A stretch of DNA of 63,836 nucleotides, filler included, from Octopus bimaculoides (lineage: Eukaryota): NCBI RefSeq assembly GCF_001194135.2. It is 8 parts of 6 records of this genome, joined end to end, with 100 filler letters (N's around TTAATTAATTAA, not from the genome) between each part and the next. Parts side by side here need not be neighbours in the genome. Positions count along the whole stretch, not along the records: positions 38,310 to 52,327 come from NC_069003.1; positions 52,428 to 55,863 come from NC_068982.1; positions 55,964 to 61,895 come from NC_068982.1; positions 61,996 to 63,836 come from NC_068989.1; 4 more parts are not named here. One strand, given 5' to 3'. Shown here piece by piece: positions 49,081 to 62,699 of this stretch. The position numbers were made by a program, and so were the translations under genes. The notes beneath the pieces are model-generated. The model saw only the letters and a list, made by a program, of their open reading frames with translations. It had not been told where the DNA came from and ran no database searches. The number at the start of each line of letters is the position of its first letter. Position 1 is the stretch's first letter.

Positions 49081-50096
49081 CAGGGTTGTTGCTAAGCAAC
49101 GGCAACCCTTGCGGTCGCAGGGGGCCTCTGCAGTTGAGGGGCCCATTGTTGAGATCAAAGTATGTAGATGAGTCATCTATTTACTTTGGTTAAGATGTTG
49201 AACAAGAATTAAACTATGTTAACTGAAAATTTCAAGAAATAAAATGGTTATACATGGTACCTGTAAATTATTTTTTTATTATGTGCCCTTTTAAAGCCTA
49301 GCCAGGCTCATGGGCCCAGTTTCCCGGTTTCTATGGCATATGTGTTCCCCCCAGCTGGACGGGACACCAGTCCATCGTAGCGTTACTCAAGANNNNNNNN
49401 NNCCCGGTTTCTATGGCATATGTGTTCCCCCCAGCTGGACGGGACACCAGTCCATCGTAGCGTTACTCAAGAAACAGGAAGAAAGAGTGAGAGAAAGTTG
49501 GGGCAAAAGAGTACAACAAGAGTTGCCACCACCCTCTGCCAGAGCCTTGTGGAGCTTTTAGGTGTTTTCGCTCAATAAACACACACACACAACGCCCGGT
49601 CTGGGAATCGAAACAGTGATCTTCTGACCACGAGTCCACTGCTCTTACCACTGGGCCATTGCACCTCCATGGTACCTATAAAAGTTCTTGTAAAAATATT
49701 ACATTGTACCACGAACGTGTGCCAGACTTTGTGGATTGTCTCTGATATCTGTTGAACACGAACTTAGCTCTCAGCTTGATTATTCTGAACTCATCGATGA
49801 TTTTCGTGAAATGGAAAGTGTGCCATGTTTGTCTTTGAAAGTTGCCTGAATCATAAAAGTGTTCTTTTATTCACATCTGGAAGTTTTATGTATTGAAATT
49901 CGTAATAGACCTAAATAAATTTAACTTGTACTTTCAAAGATGTTCTTTAGGATAACGTGAAATACTGAACTTCACATGGAATAAAGTAAAATATAGCTGT
50001 GAATAAAAGGTGCATAGATTATGAATTTTGATTGAAGGGATGGGGTCTCGAAGCAAAAGGTTGCAGGGGGCCTCTAAAAGTCATGTGGCACAGCTG
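49081..50096 (+). mobile_element. Internally deleted hAT element (transposase C-terminus) with a nested SINE
   Basis: ARLCGLSLISVEHELSSQLDYSELIDDFREM at about 49720-49815. Termini cag...ctg; flanking 8-mers atcacagg / attacaga; GC-rich ggggcc subterminal blocks. Confidence 0.65.
49295..49670 (+). mobile_element. SINE nested in the hAT element
   Basis: Distinct composition. It ends in a reverse-oriented tRNA-like head (gggaatcgaaac...ccacgagtcc...ttaccactgggcc). Confidence 0.55.
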
Positions 50097-50469
50097 ATTA
50101 CAGAGTTACCCATTTACAGCTGAGCAGACTGGAGTAATATGAAATGAAGTGCATTTCTCAAGAAGACAACATGGGAATTGAAACAACGATCTTGTGACTA
50201 GGCTATGCATCGTACAATATACTACTGCACAGTAATCTAAACAGCAATGCATTATGGGCTGAGGAAGTCACTTAATCCCTTCAGTGCACAACGATAACAT
50301 TGCTGTGAAACCAGTCCCCCCCCCATTCAATGCAACTGACAATGCATGATGAACGACATAGTAGGTACGCCAATATGCACACATGCACATGCACAACCGT
50401 CGAGTGTGCGTATGCACACAAATATACAGTTGTCAATGCTCATACATACACAAATCATATATATATATG

Positions 50470-50525
<56 letters not shown>

Positions 50526-51819
50526 NNNNNNNNNNNNNNNNNNNNNNNNNNNNNNNNNNNNNNNNNNNNNNNNNNNNNNNNNNNNNNNNNNNNNNNNNNN
50601 NNNNNNNNNNNNNNNNNNNNNNNNNNNNNNNNNNNNNNNNNNNNNNNNNNNNNNNNNNNNNNNNNNNNNNNNNNNNNNNNNNNNNNNNNNNNNNNNNNNN
50701 NNNNNNNNNNNNNNNNNNNNNNNNNNNNNNNNNNNNNNNNNNNNNNNNNNNNNNNNNNNNNNNNNNNNNNNNNNNNNNNNNNNNNNNNNNNNNNNNNNNN
50801 NNNNNNNNNNNNNNNNNNNNNNNNNNNNNNNNNNNNNNNNNNNNNNNNNNNNNNNNNNNNNNNNNNNNNNNNNNNNNNNNNNNNNNNNNNNNNNNNNNNN
50901 NNNNNNNNNNNNNNNNNNNNNNNNNNNNNNNNNNNNNNNNNNNNNNNNNNNNNNNNNNNNNNNNNNNNNNNNNNNNNNNNNNNNNNNNNNNNNNNNNNNN
51001 NNNNNNNNNNNNNNNNNNNNNNNNNNNNNNNNNNNNNNNNNNNNNNNNNNNNNNNNNNNNNNNNNNNNNNNNNNNNNNNNNNNNNNNNNNNNNNNNNNNN
51101 NNNNNNNNNNNNNNNNNNNNNNNNNNNNNNNNNNNNNNNNNNNNNNNNNNNNNNNNNNNNNNNNNNNNNNNNNNNNNNNNNNNNNNNNNNNNNNNNNNNN
51201 NNNNNNNNNNNNNNNNNNNNNNNNNNNNNNNNNNNNNNNNNNNNNNNNNNNNNNNNNNNNNNNNNNNNNNNNNNNNNNNNNNNNNNNNNNNNNNNNNNNN
51301 NNNNNNNNNNNNNNNNNNNNNNNNNNNNNNNNNNNNNNNNNNNNNNNNNNNNNNNNNNNNNNNNNNNNNNNNNNNNNNNNNNNNNNNNNNNNNNNNNNNN
51401 NNNNNNNNNNNNNNNNNNNNNACACGTGCATACAAACACATATACAAATGTACACGGACACATACCCAGAAAGACATGTAGGCAAACAAACTTACACAAC
51501 AATTATTCAAATATATGTATATACAGAGGGTCTCTCTTTATGTTGTTTGCTTTCTTTACCATTTGTTTCATATTCCATGTTTTCGCATTTCATGTTGTTT
51601 CTGTTCTGTGACATCCTGTGCCCATATATGCATATGTATATACGTATATATGTAAGTATGTATATATGCATATATTATTTATATTATGTATATATGCATA
51701 TATTATTCATATTATGTATATATGCATATATTATTTATATTATATATATATGCATATATTATTCATATTATATATATATGCATATACTATTCATATTATG
51801 TATATATGCATATGAAATC

Positions 51820-52290
51820 GAAATCATGATAGCAGCTGTACCAGTGGAGCGCTAAGAGCACCGTCCAAGCGTGATCATTGACAGCAGCTGTCTGGCTTCT
51901 GTGCCAGTGGAATGTAAATAGCACCATTTGAGCGTGATCGTTAACAGCATCGCCAGCCTGGCACTTGTGCCGGTGGGATGTGAAAAATGAAAAAAAAAAA
52001 AACATTCAAGCGAGGTCATTGCCAGTGCCGCTGGACTGGCTCCTGTGCATGTGGCACGTAAGATACACCATTTTGAGCGTGGCCATTGCAAGTACCGCCT
52101 GACTGGCCTTTGTGCTGGTGGCACGTAAAAGCATCCACTAAACTCTCGGAGTGGTTGGCGTTAGGAAGGGCATCCAGCTGTAGAAACTCTGCCAAATCAG
52201 ATTGGAGCCTGGTGCAGCCATCTGGTTCACCAGTCCTCAGTCGAATTGTCCAACCCATGCTAGCATGGAAAGCGGACGTTAAACGATGAT
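51820..52290 (+). mobile_element. RTE-type LINE 3' end or derived SINE with internal ~60-bp repeats and a (GAT)n tail
   Basis: Repeated gagcgtgatc...gcaccattt blocks; ggttggcgttaggaagggcatccagctgtagaaac; terminal ggacgttaaacgatgatgat. Confidence 0.7.
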
Positions 52291-52519
52291 GATGATGATG
52301 ATGATTATGCATATATATATATATATANNNNNNNNNNNNNNNNNNNNNNNNNNNNNNNNNNNNNNNNNNNNTTAATTAATTAANNNNNNNNNNNNNNNNN
52401 NNNNNNNNNNNNNNNNNNNNNNNNNNNTATATATATATATATATGCGCGTGTCTATATATGTAAGATGTATGTATGGTTGTTTTTATATGATCCAATTAA
52501 TTAACATTACCGGGCTGTC

Positions 52520-53511
52520 TCTTCTTCTTCTTCTTTTGCTTCTTCTTCTTCTTCATCACCAACACCATCAACATCATCATCATGATCGTCACCATCATCA
52601 CCATCATCACCATCATCATTAAGCATCGTCATCATGCTTCCCTTCTCCTCCTCCTTCTCCTCTTCCACCTCGTCACCCTCCTCCTCCTTTTCTCTCTCTC
52701 TCTTCATTCTGTTCGTTCTCATTTGCATCGTTGTTTTCTCTACAACTTCGTTATAATCATTATTAGCCACCACCTCACCCCAACACTTCCTTTTCCCTTC
52801 ACCGCCGCCTCCCCCCTCTCTCTCTCCTTTCTCTATCTCTACCGTTCCACCATCACCATCACCACATCACTCACCATACACCAACCAATCTATACCCATC
52901 CCCCCACCCACCAACCAAAATGCTGTCTCCCATCATTACTGCTCCATTATCATCATTACCGTCATTATCTTCACAATCGACATTATTATCTCTACGCTAT
53001 TTCGGCGCTGTTTCCATCACGTGACACTACTGTTTCTATAATCAAGCGTTTCTTTTGATACTAAAGTTTAATTAACTCGCCTCCGCCAAATCCGACAAAT
53101 TATTTGACCCCTGACCTTCTCTCACTGTTATTTGGGAAGAAATCCCAATTGTATAGTAGTTCGTTAAAAAAAAAAACAAAAAAAAGAGAAAATAGAAACA
53201 AAAAAAGACCCCTAACGCCAACACCAATACAACACCGCCACCATCATCATCATCACCATCATCATCGTCATCATCATCATCATCGTCATCATCATCGCCA
53301 TCGTCATCATCATTTTCACTATTATACCCTCCACTATCACCACCATTTTCCTCCTGCTCCTCCATCTACCCCTCATCATCATCATCATCATCATCTTCAA
53401 CATTGTCATTAGCATCATCACTAACAATCATTATATATTATTATTATTGTTATTATTAATATTAATATTATTATTTATTATTATTATTATCATTATTATT
53501 ATTATTATTAT

Positions 53512-53542
<31 letters not shown>

Positions 53543-54370
53543 GTTAATATTATTATCATTATTATTATTATCATTATTATTATTATTATTAATATTATTA
53601 TTATTATCATTATTATTATCATTATTATTATTATTATTATTATTATATCATCATCATCATTTTTTTCGTTGTCATCGCCGTCACCGCCGCCACCGTACCT
53701 CTACTTTTCACGCTCACCTCCTCCTATCCTCTTTCTCGCCATCATCATCATCACTTTCATTATCATCGACATCACCACTGATGTTGTCATCGCTGCCGTC
53801 GTCGTCATCACAATTCTCCTTTGTCACCGTCTCCAATGAAACAGAGACTTTTGTCATCTTTGTTCCTGATGAATATCAATAATACAAACAATATCGATAA
53901 CGAAGACAATATATACGGAAGCCCCCATGCGGTCGTTCTCCCTGCATAAAATACCAGCCTAATCCTGTGAAGTCGCACATCATACAGTCGTATAGATTGA
54001 ATGTTACAATGGTCATTGTAATTCTAGATATGCAGACAGATGAGACGTTTTCAGATGGAATGTCTTTGATGACAGGCCTGCTCAATCAGAGCTGACCTGG
54101 GAGTCAAACATCATCATCATCATCATCATCATCTCCGACCACCACCTCCTTCTCGTCATCGTCATAATCATCATCAACTCCCACCACCACGTCGTCGTCC
54201 TCCTCTTCCTCCTCCACTTCCACTTCCTCCTCCACTTCCACTTCCTCTTCCTTCTTCTCCTCCTCATCATAATCAACTCCACCACCACCACCATCACCAC
54301 CACCAACTCCTCCTCTTCCTTCTTCTTCTCCTCCTCCTCCTCATCATCATAATCATCATCAGCTCCCANN
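52520..54370 (+). repeat. Mosaic triplet microsatellites (CAT/CTC/ATT/CAC)n
   Basis: Direct reading. Confidence 0.95.
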
Positions 54371-55710
54371 NNNNNNNNNNNNNNNNNNNNNNNNNNNNNN
54401 NNNNNNNNNNNNNNNNNNNNNNNNNNNNNNNNNNNNNNNNNNNNNNNNNNNNNNNNNNNNNNNNNNNNNNNNNNNNNNNNNNNNNNNNNNNNNNNNNNNN
54501 NNNNNNNNNNNNNNNNNNNNNNNNNNNNNNNNNNNNNNNNNNNNNNNNNNNNNNNNNNNNNNNNNNNNNNNNNNNNNNNNNNNNNNNNNNNNNNNNNNNN
54601 NNNNNNNNNNNNNNNNNNNNNNNNNNNNNNNNNNNNNNNNNNNNNNNNNNNNNNNNNNNNNNNNNNNNNNNNNNNNNNNNNNNNNNNNNNNNNNNNNNNN
54701 NNNNNNNNNNNNNNNNNNNNNNNNNNNNNNNNNNNNNNNNNNNNNNNNNNNNNNNNNNNNNNNNNNNNNNNNNNNNNNNNNNNNNNNNNNNNNNNNNNNN
54801 NNNNNNNNNNNNNNNNNNNNNNNNNNNNNNNNNNNNNNNNNNNNNNNNNNNNNNNNNNNNNNNNNNNNNNNNNNNNNNNNNNNNNNNNNNNNNNNNNNNN
54901 NNNNNNNNNNNNNNNNNNNNNNNNNNNNNNNNNNNNNNNNNNNNNNNNNNNNNNNNNNNNNNNNNNNNNNNNNNNNNNNNNNNNNNNNNNNNNNCTGCTC
55001 CCCCTCCCCCATAATCACCACCACCATCATCATCATCATCATGAACAATGTAAGAAAACAAGAAACAATGAAACGAAATGAAAGCATTTATAGTAAAACA
55101 AGAAAACTAAAGCAAAAACAAAAACAACAAACAACAAACGACAATTTTTTGGCAATTACCGTTACGATTGCATTAGTTTCATTGTCTTTAATCACTACAA
55201 ATGATAATAGCCACAACATCATCAACAACAGCTATTATCTCAGTATCGACTAATTGAATAATTTCATAAATTATATTATTCGTCACTAATTTAGTTGATA
55301 AGCTTTTCAAAGATGAGATGATTGCGGTAGAAGGATTTCTATTAATACGTATATATGTGTAACTGTATACATACGTGTGTGTGTGCGGGCGTGTATTATA
55401 TGAACATTTATGCATATCTATCTATTTATCTCTCTCTCTATATATATCTATATATAGAGCCGTTTTAACGATGCGTCCTGCCCAACTCTTCGAAACGCCG
55501 GTGTTAAAACGGGGGTAGGTGATGAAGGAAAATGTTCTCTATGTGGCTTGTGCGTTTTCTGTACTCTGGTTATTATTATTTTCTTGTCTACGTTTTGTTT
55601 GCAATGTCCTGTACCCAGATATGCACCTATATATACAGGTAGACGTAGGTATGCACATACCTGTACGTATATATGCATATACTCATTTATTATTTGTTTT
55701 ATATATATAA

Positions 55711-55863
55711 GCGCAGGAGTGGCTGTGTGGTAAGTAGCTTGCTTATCAACCACATGGTTCCGGGTTCAGTCCCACTGCGTGGCACAGTAGGCAAGTGTCT
55801 TCTACTATAGCCTCGGGCCGACCAAAGCCTTGTGAGTGGATCTGGTAGACGGAAACTGAAAGA
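55711..55863 (+). mobile_element. SINE family A head
   Basis: Homology to other copies. Confidence 0.9.
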
Positions 55864-56141
55864 NNNNNNNNNNNNNNNNNNNNNNNNNNNNNNNNNNNNN
55901 NNNNNNNTTAATTAATTAANNNNNNNNNNNNNNNNNNNNNNNNNNNNNNNNNNNNNNNNNNNNTATATATACATATATACATTTATATATTCGTTTTGCA
56001 GGATCCTTGATGTGAATTCGTGTGTTGAAACAGATATTGTTGTATTTGGGGATGGTCATGTTGCCAGTTTAGCCAATGAAATCACACGCACTATCTATTT
56101 GGTGTTAACTTGCTTCAGCTTTATTTTATATTGTATTTCGG

Positions 56142-56181
56142 CTAGAGTTATTTCGTCTCACTTCTGTGACCTCATCAGTAG
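56142..56181 (-). ncRNA. Hammerhead-like motif in the pLTR downstream of the 56600-58010 element
   Basis: cta-CTGATGA-ggtc...gac-GAAA-taac-tc-tag, followed by aataaa. Confidence 0.5.
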
Positions 56182-56599
56182 TTTTTTGTTTTCTTCTTTC
56201 TTTTTTTGCGTGTCTCACCTTACTAACGATCAGCCATTTTGTATTCCTGTTGTATGTGTCTTCATTTACGCATGCGTATATCCCTGTGTGCGTGTCTATG
56301 TTTAATTATTGTGTGTGTGGGAATGTGTATGGTACCTGCATTGTCAGTATCCCCTGTTTATACACGTTCGTTTTATTTACATTTATTTATTTTATTTATT
56401 TCTACCCATTTTTTCATTTCTTTCTCTTTTGTATTAGTTTAATTTAATTTAATTTAGTTTATTTAGTTTATGTATATAGTTATTTAATACCATTTATTTA
56501 TCTGTTTATTGTATTATTTTCATATTATTATCAGTTTATGGGGATCTTATTCTGTCATAGGTTGTGGTGTGTGTGGGGGAGGTGCTAGTGTCCTATTCT

Positions 56600-58010
56600 A
56601 GTTTGCTCTTCTCTCCCTTAAGTTTCTCCAATGCTCATTTACCCGCTCTCCTATGCCCTGTGCTGTCCCCATAAGTATGTCGTTGTCTTGTTACTGCACC
56701 GTCCCTCTGTACATCTTATACTATAGACTACATTTCTAGCTTTACAGTTTATTTGTGGGCTAAATCTACATACAATACAGTTCCTATCAGCGCAGGGGTT
56801 TCTACTAAACGGGTAGGTTCTACCCATTAGGGATTTGATAGGGTTATCTCGTCTTTCTACAACCTTAATTCTTAGTTTAAGTTTGTTTAGAGCCCTTCTA
56901 AAGCTGTACGCCAGTTCGCCTCTAGGGGTGGTGTCGACGAACATGACGCTTTGGTATTTGTGACTATCATACCATAAGTTGGCTTTCTCTATTTTATTCT
57001 TAGACCTTTCAGTGGTGTTCCATGACTTGCTCCTATAGAGTGGGCAAACCCCATTCCTATCGTTACGTATGATAGCTTCAAATTTCCTCATGGTTCCTTT
57101 ATATACTCTCATCCTTTCTCTATGGCTGTATCCTGAGAACTGCATGCAGTGAACGAAGTGTTGTATGTGTCTCTTTATCTCTGTTGGGTCACACTTGCAG
57201 GACACATTTCTCACTCTGATGAGATCTGCCATCAATATATTGAATTTGGCATTGTCCGCGATATGTGAGTTCCGTGGATCAGGTATTTCGAGGCCATAGG
57301 TTTGGCATAGTGGGAATGGAGGATTTGGGTTTTATTATTCAGTTTCCAGCTAGAGTTCTGTATCCAGTACTGGTAATCTATGGTTAGGGTGTTTCTTAGT
57401 GTAGTCTATTGTGACCTTAATACTCTGCTGGATGGAGTTAGCTATTTTCTGGATGCTCTCCATAGTATTAGTTTCTATTCCTATTTCAAGAGTACTTGCT
57501 TGTGGGGGTGCCTTTACCACTATGTTGATATCATCGATATAGCGAGAGTCCATGTTCATGAGCATGGAGTTCTGTGTCAGGCGTTCTTTAAGACTCCTGT
57601 CCCATCATACCATGAAAAGGTTGGCCACATCACCGGCGATGCTAACCCCGATGGCTGCCACCTCATCCTGGGCGTATATTTTCTTGTTAAACTTAAACGT
57701 GTGGCTTTTAGGGTAACTCTTATACTAGCTCCTAGTGTATGTGCGATCATTTTCTTTACTTGATATTCGTTTTAAGGGATCTGTATGGCTCTGGTCCATC
57801 CGCTCCACCTCTCTATATGGGTCTTCCTAGCCATAGATGTAATTGTGGGAGGTCTACCTCTTAAACATCTACTGGGGCATTCTAAATAGGAGGCTCAGTT
57901 CCTCTGTGTTGACATTGTAGAACTCCACTTCACGCTCACTGATCATCTCCACGCACTTCTCCACTGCAAAATCCACGCCGATGGACAAACATGATCTTAG
58001 AAATTGTGCC
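56600..58010 (-). mobile_element. Penelope-like element: RT, linker and start of GIY-YIG (pseudogenised)
   Basis: IGVDFAVEKCVEMI, AIGVSIAGDVANLFMV, SRYIDDINIVV, HPNHRLPVLDTEL, INCKARNVVYSIRCTEGRCSNKTTTY. Confidence 0.9.
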
Positions 58011-58231
58011 AAAGTAGACAGAAGTATGATTAGCAGGTAAAGAAGCAGTATAAGAAGGAAGGAGAGAAGAAAAAGATGAAGAAAAGTGTTCCAACTGTCT
58101 CCTTTATAATGGTTATCGCTATATCCATTACTATTACTATTAGCTTTTATATTATTGTTATTGCTATCATTTACAATACTAGTAGCATTATCTTTATTAC
58201 TATTACTAATAATAGTGATATTATTATTACG

Positions 58232-58381
58232 CTCCGAGTTCAAATTCCGCCGAGGGCGACTTTGCATTTCATCCATTCGGGGATGATAAATTAAGTACCA
58301 GTTGCATACTGAAGTCGATTTAATCGACTGACCCTCTCCCTAAAAATTTCGGGTCTTCTTGTGCCTACAGTAGAAAAAGAT
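58232..58381 (+). mobile_element. SINE family B
   Basis: Homology to other copies. Confidence 0.85.
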
Positions 58382-58465
58382 ATTATTACTACTATTTTTA
58401 TTGTTGTTTGTGGTTGGTGTTATTATTGTGGCTACTACTACTACTACTACTACTACTGTTATAAG

Positions 58466-58680
58466 GTGGCGATCTGGCAGAATCGTTAATACGCCGGACA
58501 AAATGTTTAGCGACATTTCCTCCGTCTTTAGGTTCTGAGTTCAAATTCCGCTGAGGTCGACTTTGCCTTGCATACTTTCGGGGTCGATAAAATAAGTACC
58601 AGTTGAGCACAGGGGTCGATGTAAGCGACTAGCCACGTCCCTCAAACTTTCAGACCTTCAATCTACAGTCGATAGGATTA
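58466..58680 (+). mobile_element. SINE family B
   Basis: Homology to other copies. Confidence 0.85.
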
Positions 58681-58894
58681 TTAATATTATTACAGTCGTT
58701 GTTGTTATTGATTTATATCTCGCCATTCTTTCCCTTTGTCGTATTTTTTTACGCTTTGTGGGTTTTTTTTTTCAACCCATTATAATTTGACATTGGCAAT
58801 TGTCGGATTACTTATCGTTCCCCCATATAAACCCCTTTCTTCATTTCAGTCATTAGTTTCTTTCTTTCTTTCTTTCTTTTTCTCCTCTCCTGCT

Positions 58895-58980
58895 CCCTTC
58901 TTCTTCTTCTTCTTCTTCTTCTTCTTCTTCTTCTTCTTCTTCTTCTTCTTCTTCTTCTTCTTCTTCTTCTTCTTCTTTTC
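58895..58980 (+). repeat. (TTC)n microsatellite
   Basis: Direct reading. Confidence 0.98.
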
Positions 58981-59133
58981 CTCCTCCTCCGTATTACGAA
59001 AATATTCACTTCGAACTTCTATGCAAAATGGCGTTGAAAGCAGAGTTGGTAGAGAAACCATTGTAACTGATTAACGATGTTTTAAACTATTGCTTTGCTT
59101 TCTTGTTCGAAATGTATTTTACTCTTCGCTATC

Positions 59134-59176
59134 CAGTCCGACGATAGCTTAGCTGGCCGAAACTTCGATGTAACTG
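59134..59176 (+). ncRNA. Type-I hammerhead motif with CCGACGA variant core
   Basis: cagt-CCGACGA-t-agc-ttagctg-gcc-GAAAC-ttcgat-GTA-actg; aataaa about 25 nt downstream. Confidence 0.6.
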
Positions 59177-59442
59177 TCAAAAGCATTTTTGTTTAAGAAT
59201 AATAAATTTGTACTCTACAAAACTATAGAGTAACCCACCAAAACAAATATTAATATATATATATATATGTATGTATACAAGTATGTATGAGTGGTAAATA
59301 CATATGTGCGTGTGTGTGTCTGTGTGTGCGTCTGTATGCGTGCATGAGTATACATTACATATATGCTGTAGAAACTCACAAAAACACACATAAAGACCTA
59401 CATTCATTCACACAGATACTTACATATGCATATAAATACGCA

Positions 59443-59503
<61 letters not shown>

Positions 59504-60497
59504 ATGTGTGTGTATTTAACGATGGGTGAGGAGGAAAAAAGCGAGAGAGTGAGCGACTGCGAATACATGATTTGAGAACTGTGTCCGCAAAACTGTTTAT
59601 ATTTTTAATTTGTTCTNNNNNNNNNNNNNNNNNNNNNNNNNNNNNNNNNNNNNNNNNNNNNNNNNNNNNNNNNNNNNNNNNNNNNNNNNNNNNNNNNNNN
59701 NNNNNNNNNNNNNNNNNNNNNNNNNNNNNNNNNNNNNNNNNNNNNNNNNNNNNNNNNNNNNNNNNNNNNNNNNNNNNNNNNNNNNNNNNNNNNNNNNNNN
59801 NNNNNNNNNNNNNNNNNNNNNNNNNNNNNNNNNNNNNNNNNNNNNNNNNNNNNNNNNNNNNNNNNNNNNNNNNNNNNNNNNNNNNNNNNNNNNNNNNNNN
59901 NNNNNNNNNNNNNNNNNNNNNNNNNNNNNNNNNNNNNNNNNNNNNNNNNNNNNNNNNNNNNNNNNNNNNNNNNNNNNNNNNNNNNNNNNNNNNNNNNNNN
60001 NNNNNNNNNNNNNNNNNNNNNNNNNNNNNNNNNNNNNNNNNNNNNNNNNNNNNNNNNNNNNNNNNNNNNNNNNNNNNNNNNNNNNNNNNNNNNNNNNNNN
60101 NNNNNNNNNNNNNNNNNNNNNNNNNNNNNNNNNNNNNNNNNNNNNNNNNNNNNNNNNNNNNNNNNNNNNNNNNNNNNNNNNNNNNNNNNNNNNNNNNNNN
60201 NNNNNNNNNNNNNNNNNNNNNNNNNNNNNNNNNNNNNNNNNNNNNNNNNNNNNNNNNNNNNNNNNNNNNNNNNNNNNNNNNNNNNNNNNNNNNNNNNNNN
60301 NNNNNNNNNNNNNNNNNNNNNNNNNNNNNNNNNNNNNNNNNNNNNNNNNNNNNNNNNNNNNNNNNNNNNNNNNNNNNNNNNNNNNNNNNNNNNNNNNNNN
60401 NNNNNNNNNNNNNNNNNNNNNNNNNNNNNNNNNNNNNNNNNNNNNNNNNNNNNNNNNNNNNNNNNNNNNNNNNNNNNNNNNNNNNNNNNNNNNNNNN

Positions 60498-60530
<33 letters not shown>

Positions 60531-60559
60531 GTCTATATATGTATATGTATATACATATG

Positions 60560-60596
<37 letters not shown>

Positions 60597-60629
60597 CTAT
60601 CTATCTATCTATCTAGCTAGCTAGCTAGC

Positions 60630-60664
<35 letters not shown>

Positions 60665-61098
60665 ATATACATAGAAATACAGAATCACACTCCTGTATGT
60701 ATATATTTGTAATTGATGGAACCGTTATCATTCATAACTTATTTAAATATCATTTAGAAACACGTTTTACATATTGTAAAAATCTTTTCAGTAAATGAAA
60801 TAAGTATACACACATACAAGTATACATACATATAACCAAATGAAATATTAATATTGAACAAAGAAAAAACCGTTCCTAAATGGCTTGTCCTTCTCTCCTA
60901 TTTCCCACAAGGAGTAGTGTTGGTGAAAATGTTTCATACAGATGTGATGTTAATAAATATAGAATAACCGACGACTGTTATATAAGATTAAAGCTGATAT
61001 GGCAATCGGAACTTCCCTCTTACAATAAGATACTATCTCACCATTCAATATCAGTACCAATACCAATGCTAATATCTGTGAAACTTTTCTTTTACGGT

Positions 61099-61260
61099 AG
61101 CGAGCTGGCAGAATCATTAGCGCGCCGGACGAAAAACTTATCGGAATTTCGTATGCCATTAATCCTTTTCGAGGTCAATAAAACAAGGACCAGTTGATCA
61201 CTGGGGTCGATGTAGTCGACTAACACAAACGTTTGCTGGCCTAGTGCCAATATTTGAAAT
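61099..61260 (+). mobile_element. SINE family B (internally deleted)
   Basis: Homology to other copies. Confidence 0.75.
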
Positions 61261-61995
61261 CAACATTTGGAATACTTGACTAGTCTGTGGAAGAAAAACG
61301 CTTCATACCCATTAAGACATGCACGATCCTGACATTACCTGGAAATCTTTCTCTGGAATAAATATAAAACAGCACCTATGTTATTGTAACAAATATCAAC
61401 ACATGGAAAATTTCTATAAAAACTCTTTTCCATTTGCAAGCACAATAGGCTTGATAAAAAGCACTAACATGTATTGTCGAAAAGATTAGCTACCCTTAAA
61501 ATGTGAACTCTTCAGAAATCATTAAGGAGAATATTTATAGAAACTGCCTTAAACCTGCCGTCTTCCCTGATTACAAATTCACATTTATCCCTATGATTAT
61601 TTGTGAAATTGATTATAGTAGTAAATGTTTAAGTGAAAATTTCGACAAGTTAGGATTTTCACATAAAGGGACCGATTAATATGCACTTCAGCATACACAA
61701 TCTGTAAGTGAAACAATAAAATTATTCAAGACTTTTCAAAAGCTAAAACTATAACACTTATTGTTATAATCGAAGTTCGAGGGATGGAGCTTTCTCGTCT
61801 TTTACAAACCAGCTCTTTCCTTTTAGAGAAAATTAAAATAAATACAAAAAGGAAAAAAGTACACAACACCGTTTCTCTCTCTCGTCTTCACACACNNNNN
61901 NNNNNNNNNNNNNNNNNNNNNNNNNNNNNNNNNNNNNNNTTAATTAATTAANNNNNNNNNNNNNNNNNNNNNNNNNNNNNNNNNNNNNNNNNNNN

Positions 61996-62027
<32 letters not shown>

Positions 62028-62391
62028 GAACCAAAAAGGCAAAATTCATAAATAAGATTGCACAATAGCACCTGCACTTGCTAGAAATAAGAGCTAAAAA
62101 TATAACTTGAAAAGCCACACGATATCACCAACGTTATGAGATATATGGGGACTGCGAGAAGCAAGCCACATCTTTCTTCGGCGAAATAGACTCACCAAAT
62201 AAAGTAGTTTGATAAAACCCTAACACCTGATTTCAAAATTTTACCAACATGGTCTTGTTTGTCCCTAGGAGTTTCCCCAATTTACTCCGGGTTAAAGAAA
62301 TATCTTGCTTCCCAATTGCTCATGAGATAAAAAAAACCGTTGAACAGCGAGTGCTAAAACTGAAAGTGGTTAACGTGTACATAAAAATACA

Positions 62392-62422
<31 letters not shown>

Positions 62423-62470
62423 TGTATGTATGTATGTATGTATGTATGGTTCTATGTATAGGCACAATAT

Positions 62471-62640
62471 GCTGGTGTGTTTACGTTCCCGTAACTTAGC
62501 GGTTCAGCAAAAGAGACTGATAGAATAAGTATTAGGCTTACAAAGAATAAGTCCTGGGGTCAATTTGTTCTACTAAAGGTGGTGCTCCAGCATGGCCGCA
62601 GTCAAATGACTGAAAGAAGTAAAATAATAAAAGAATAAAG
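62471..62640 (+). mobile_element. SINE family A tail
   Basis: Homology to other copies. Confidence 0.85.
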
Positions 62641-62699
62641 TATGTATGTATGTATGTATGTATATGTGTATGCGTGCATTAAGTGTCATATTCCAGTAA

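Noticed and set aside
49322-49461. Exact 70-bp direct duplication around a 10-N gap (similar cases at 19513/19581 and 31029/31228)
   Set aside because: This is the signature of unmerged contig overlap, so an assembly artefact.
55488-55535. Circularly permuted (type II-like) hammerhead: ttcGAAAc...tgatgaagg, with a reverse copy at about 38650-38695
   Set aside because: C3 is missing in both copies, there is no convincing NUH site or stem-I hairpin, and I cannot support the fold by eye.
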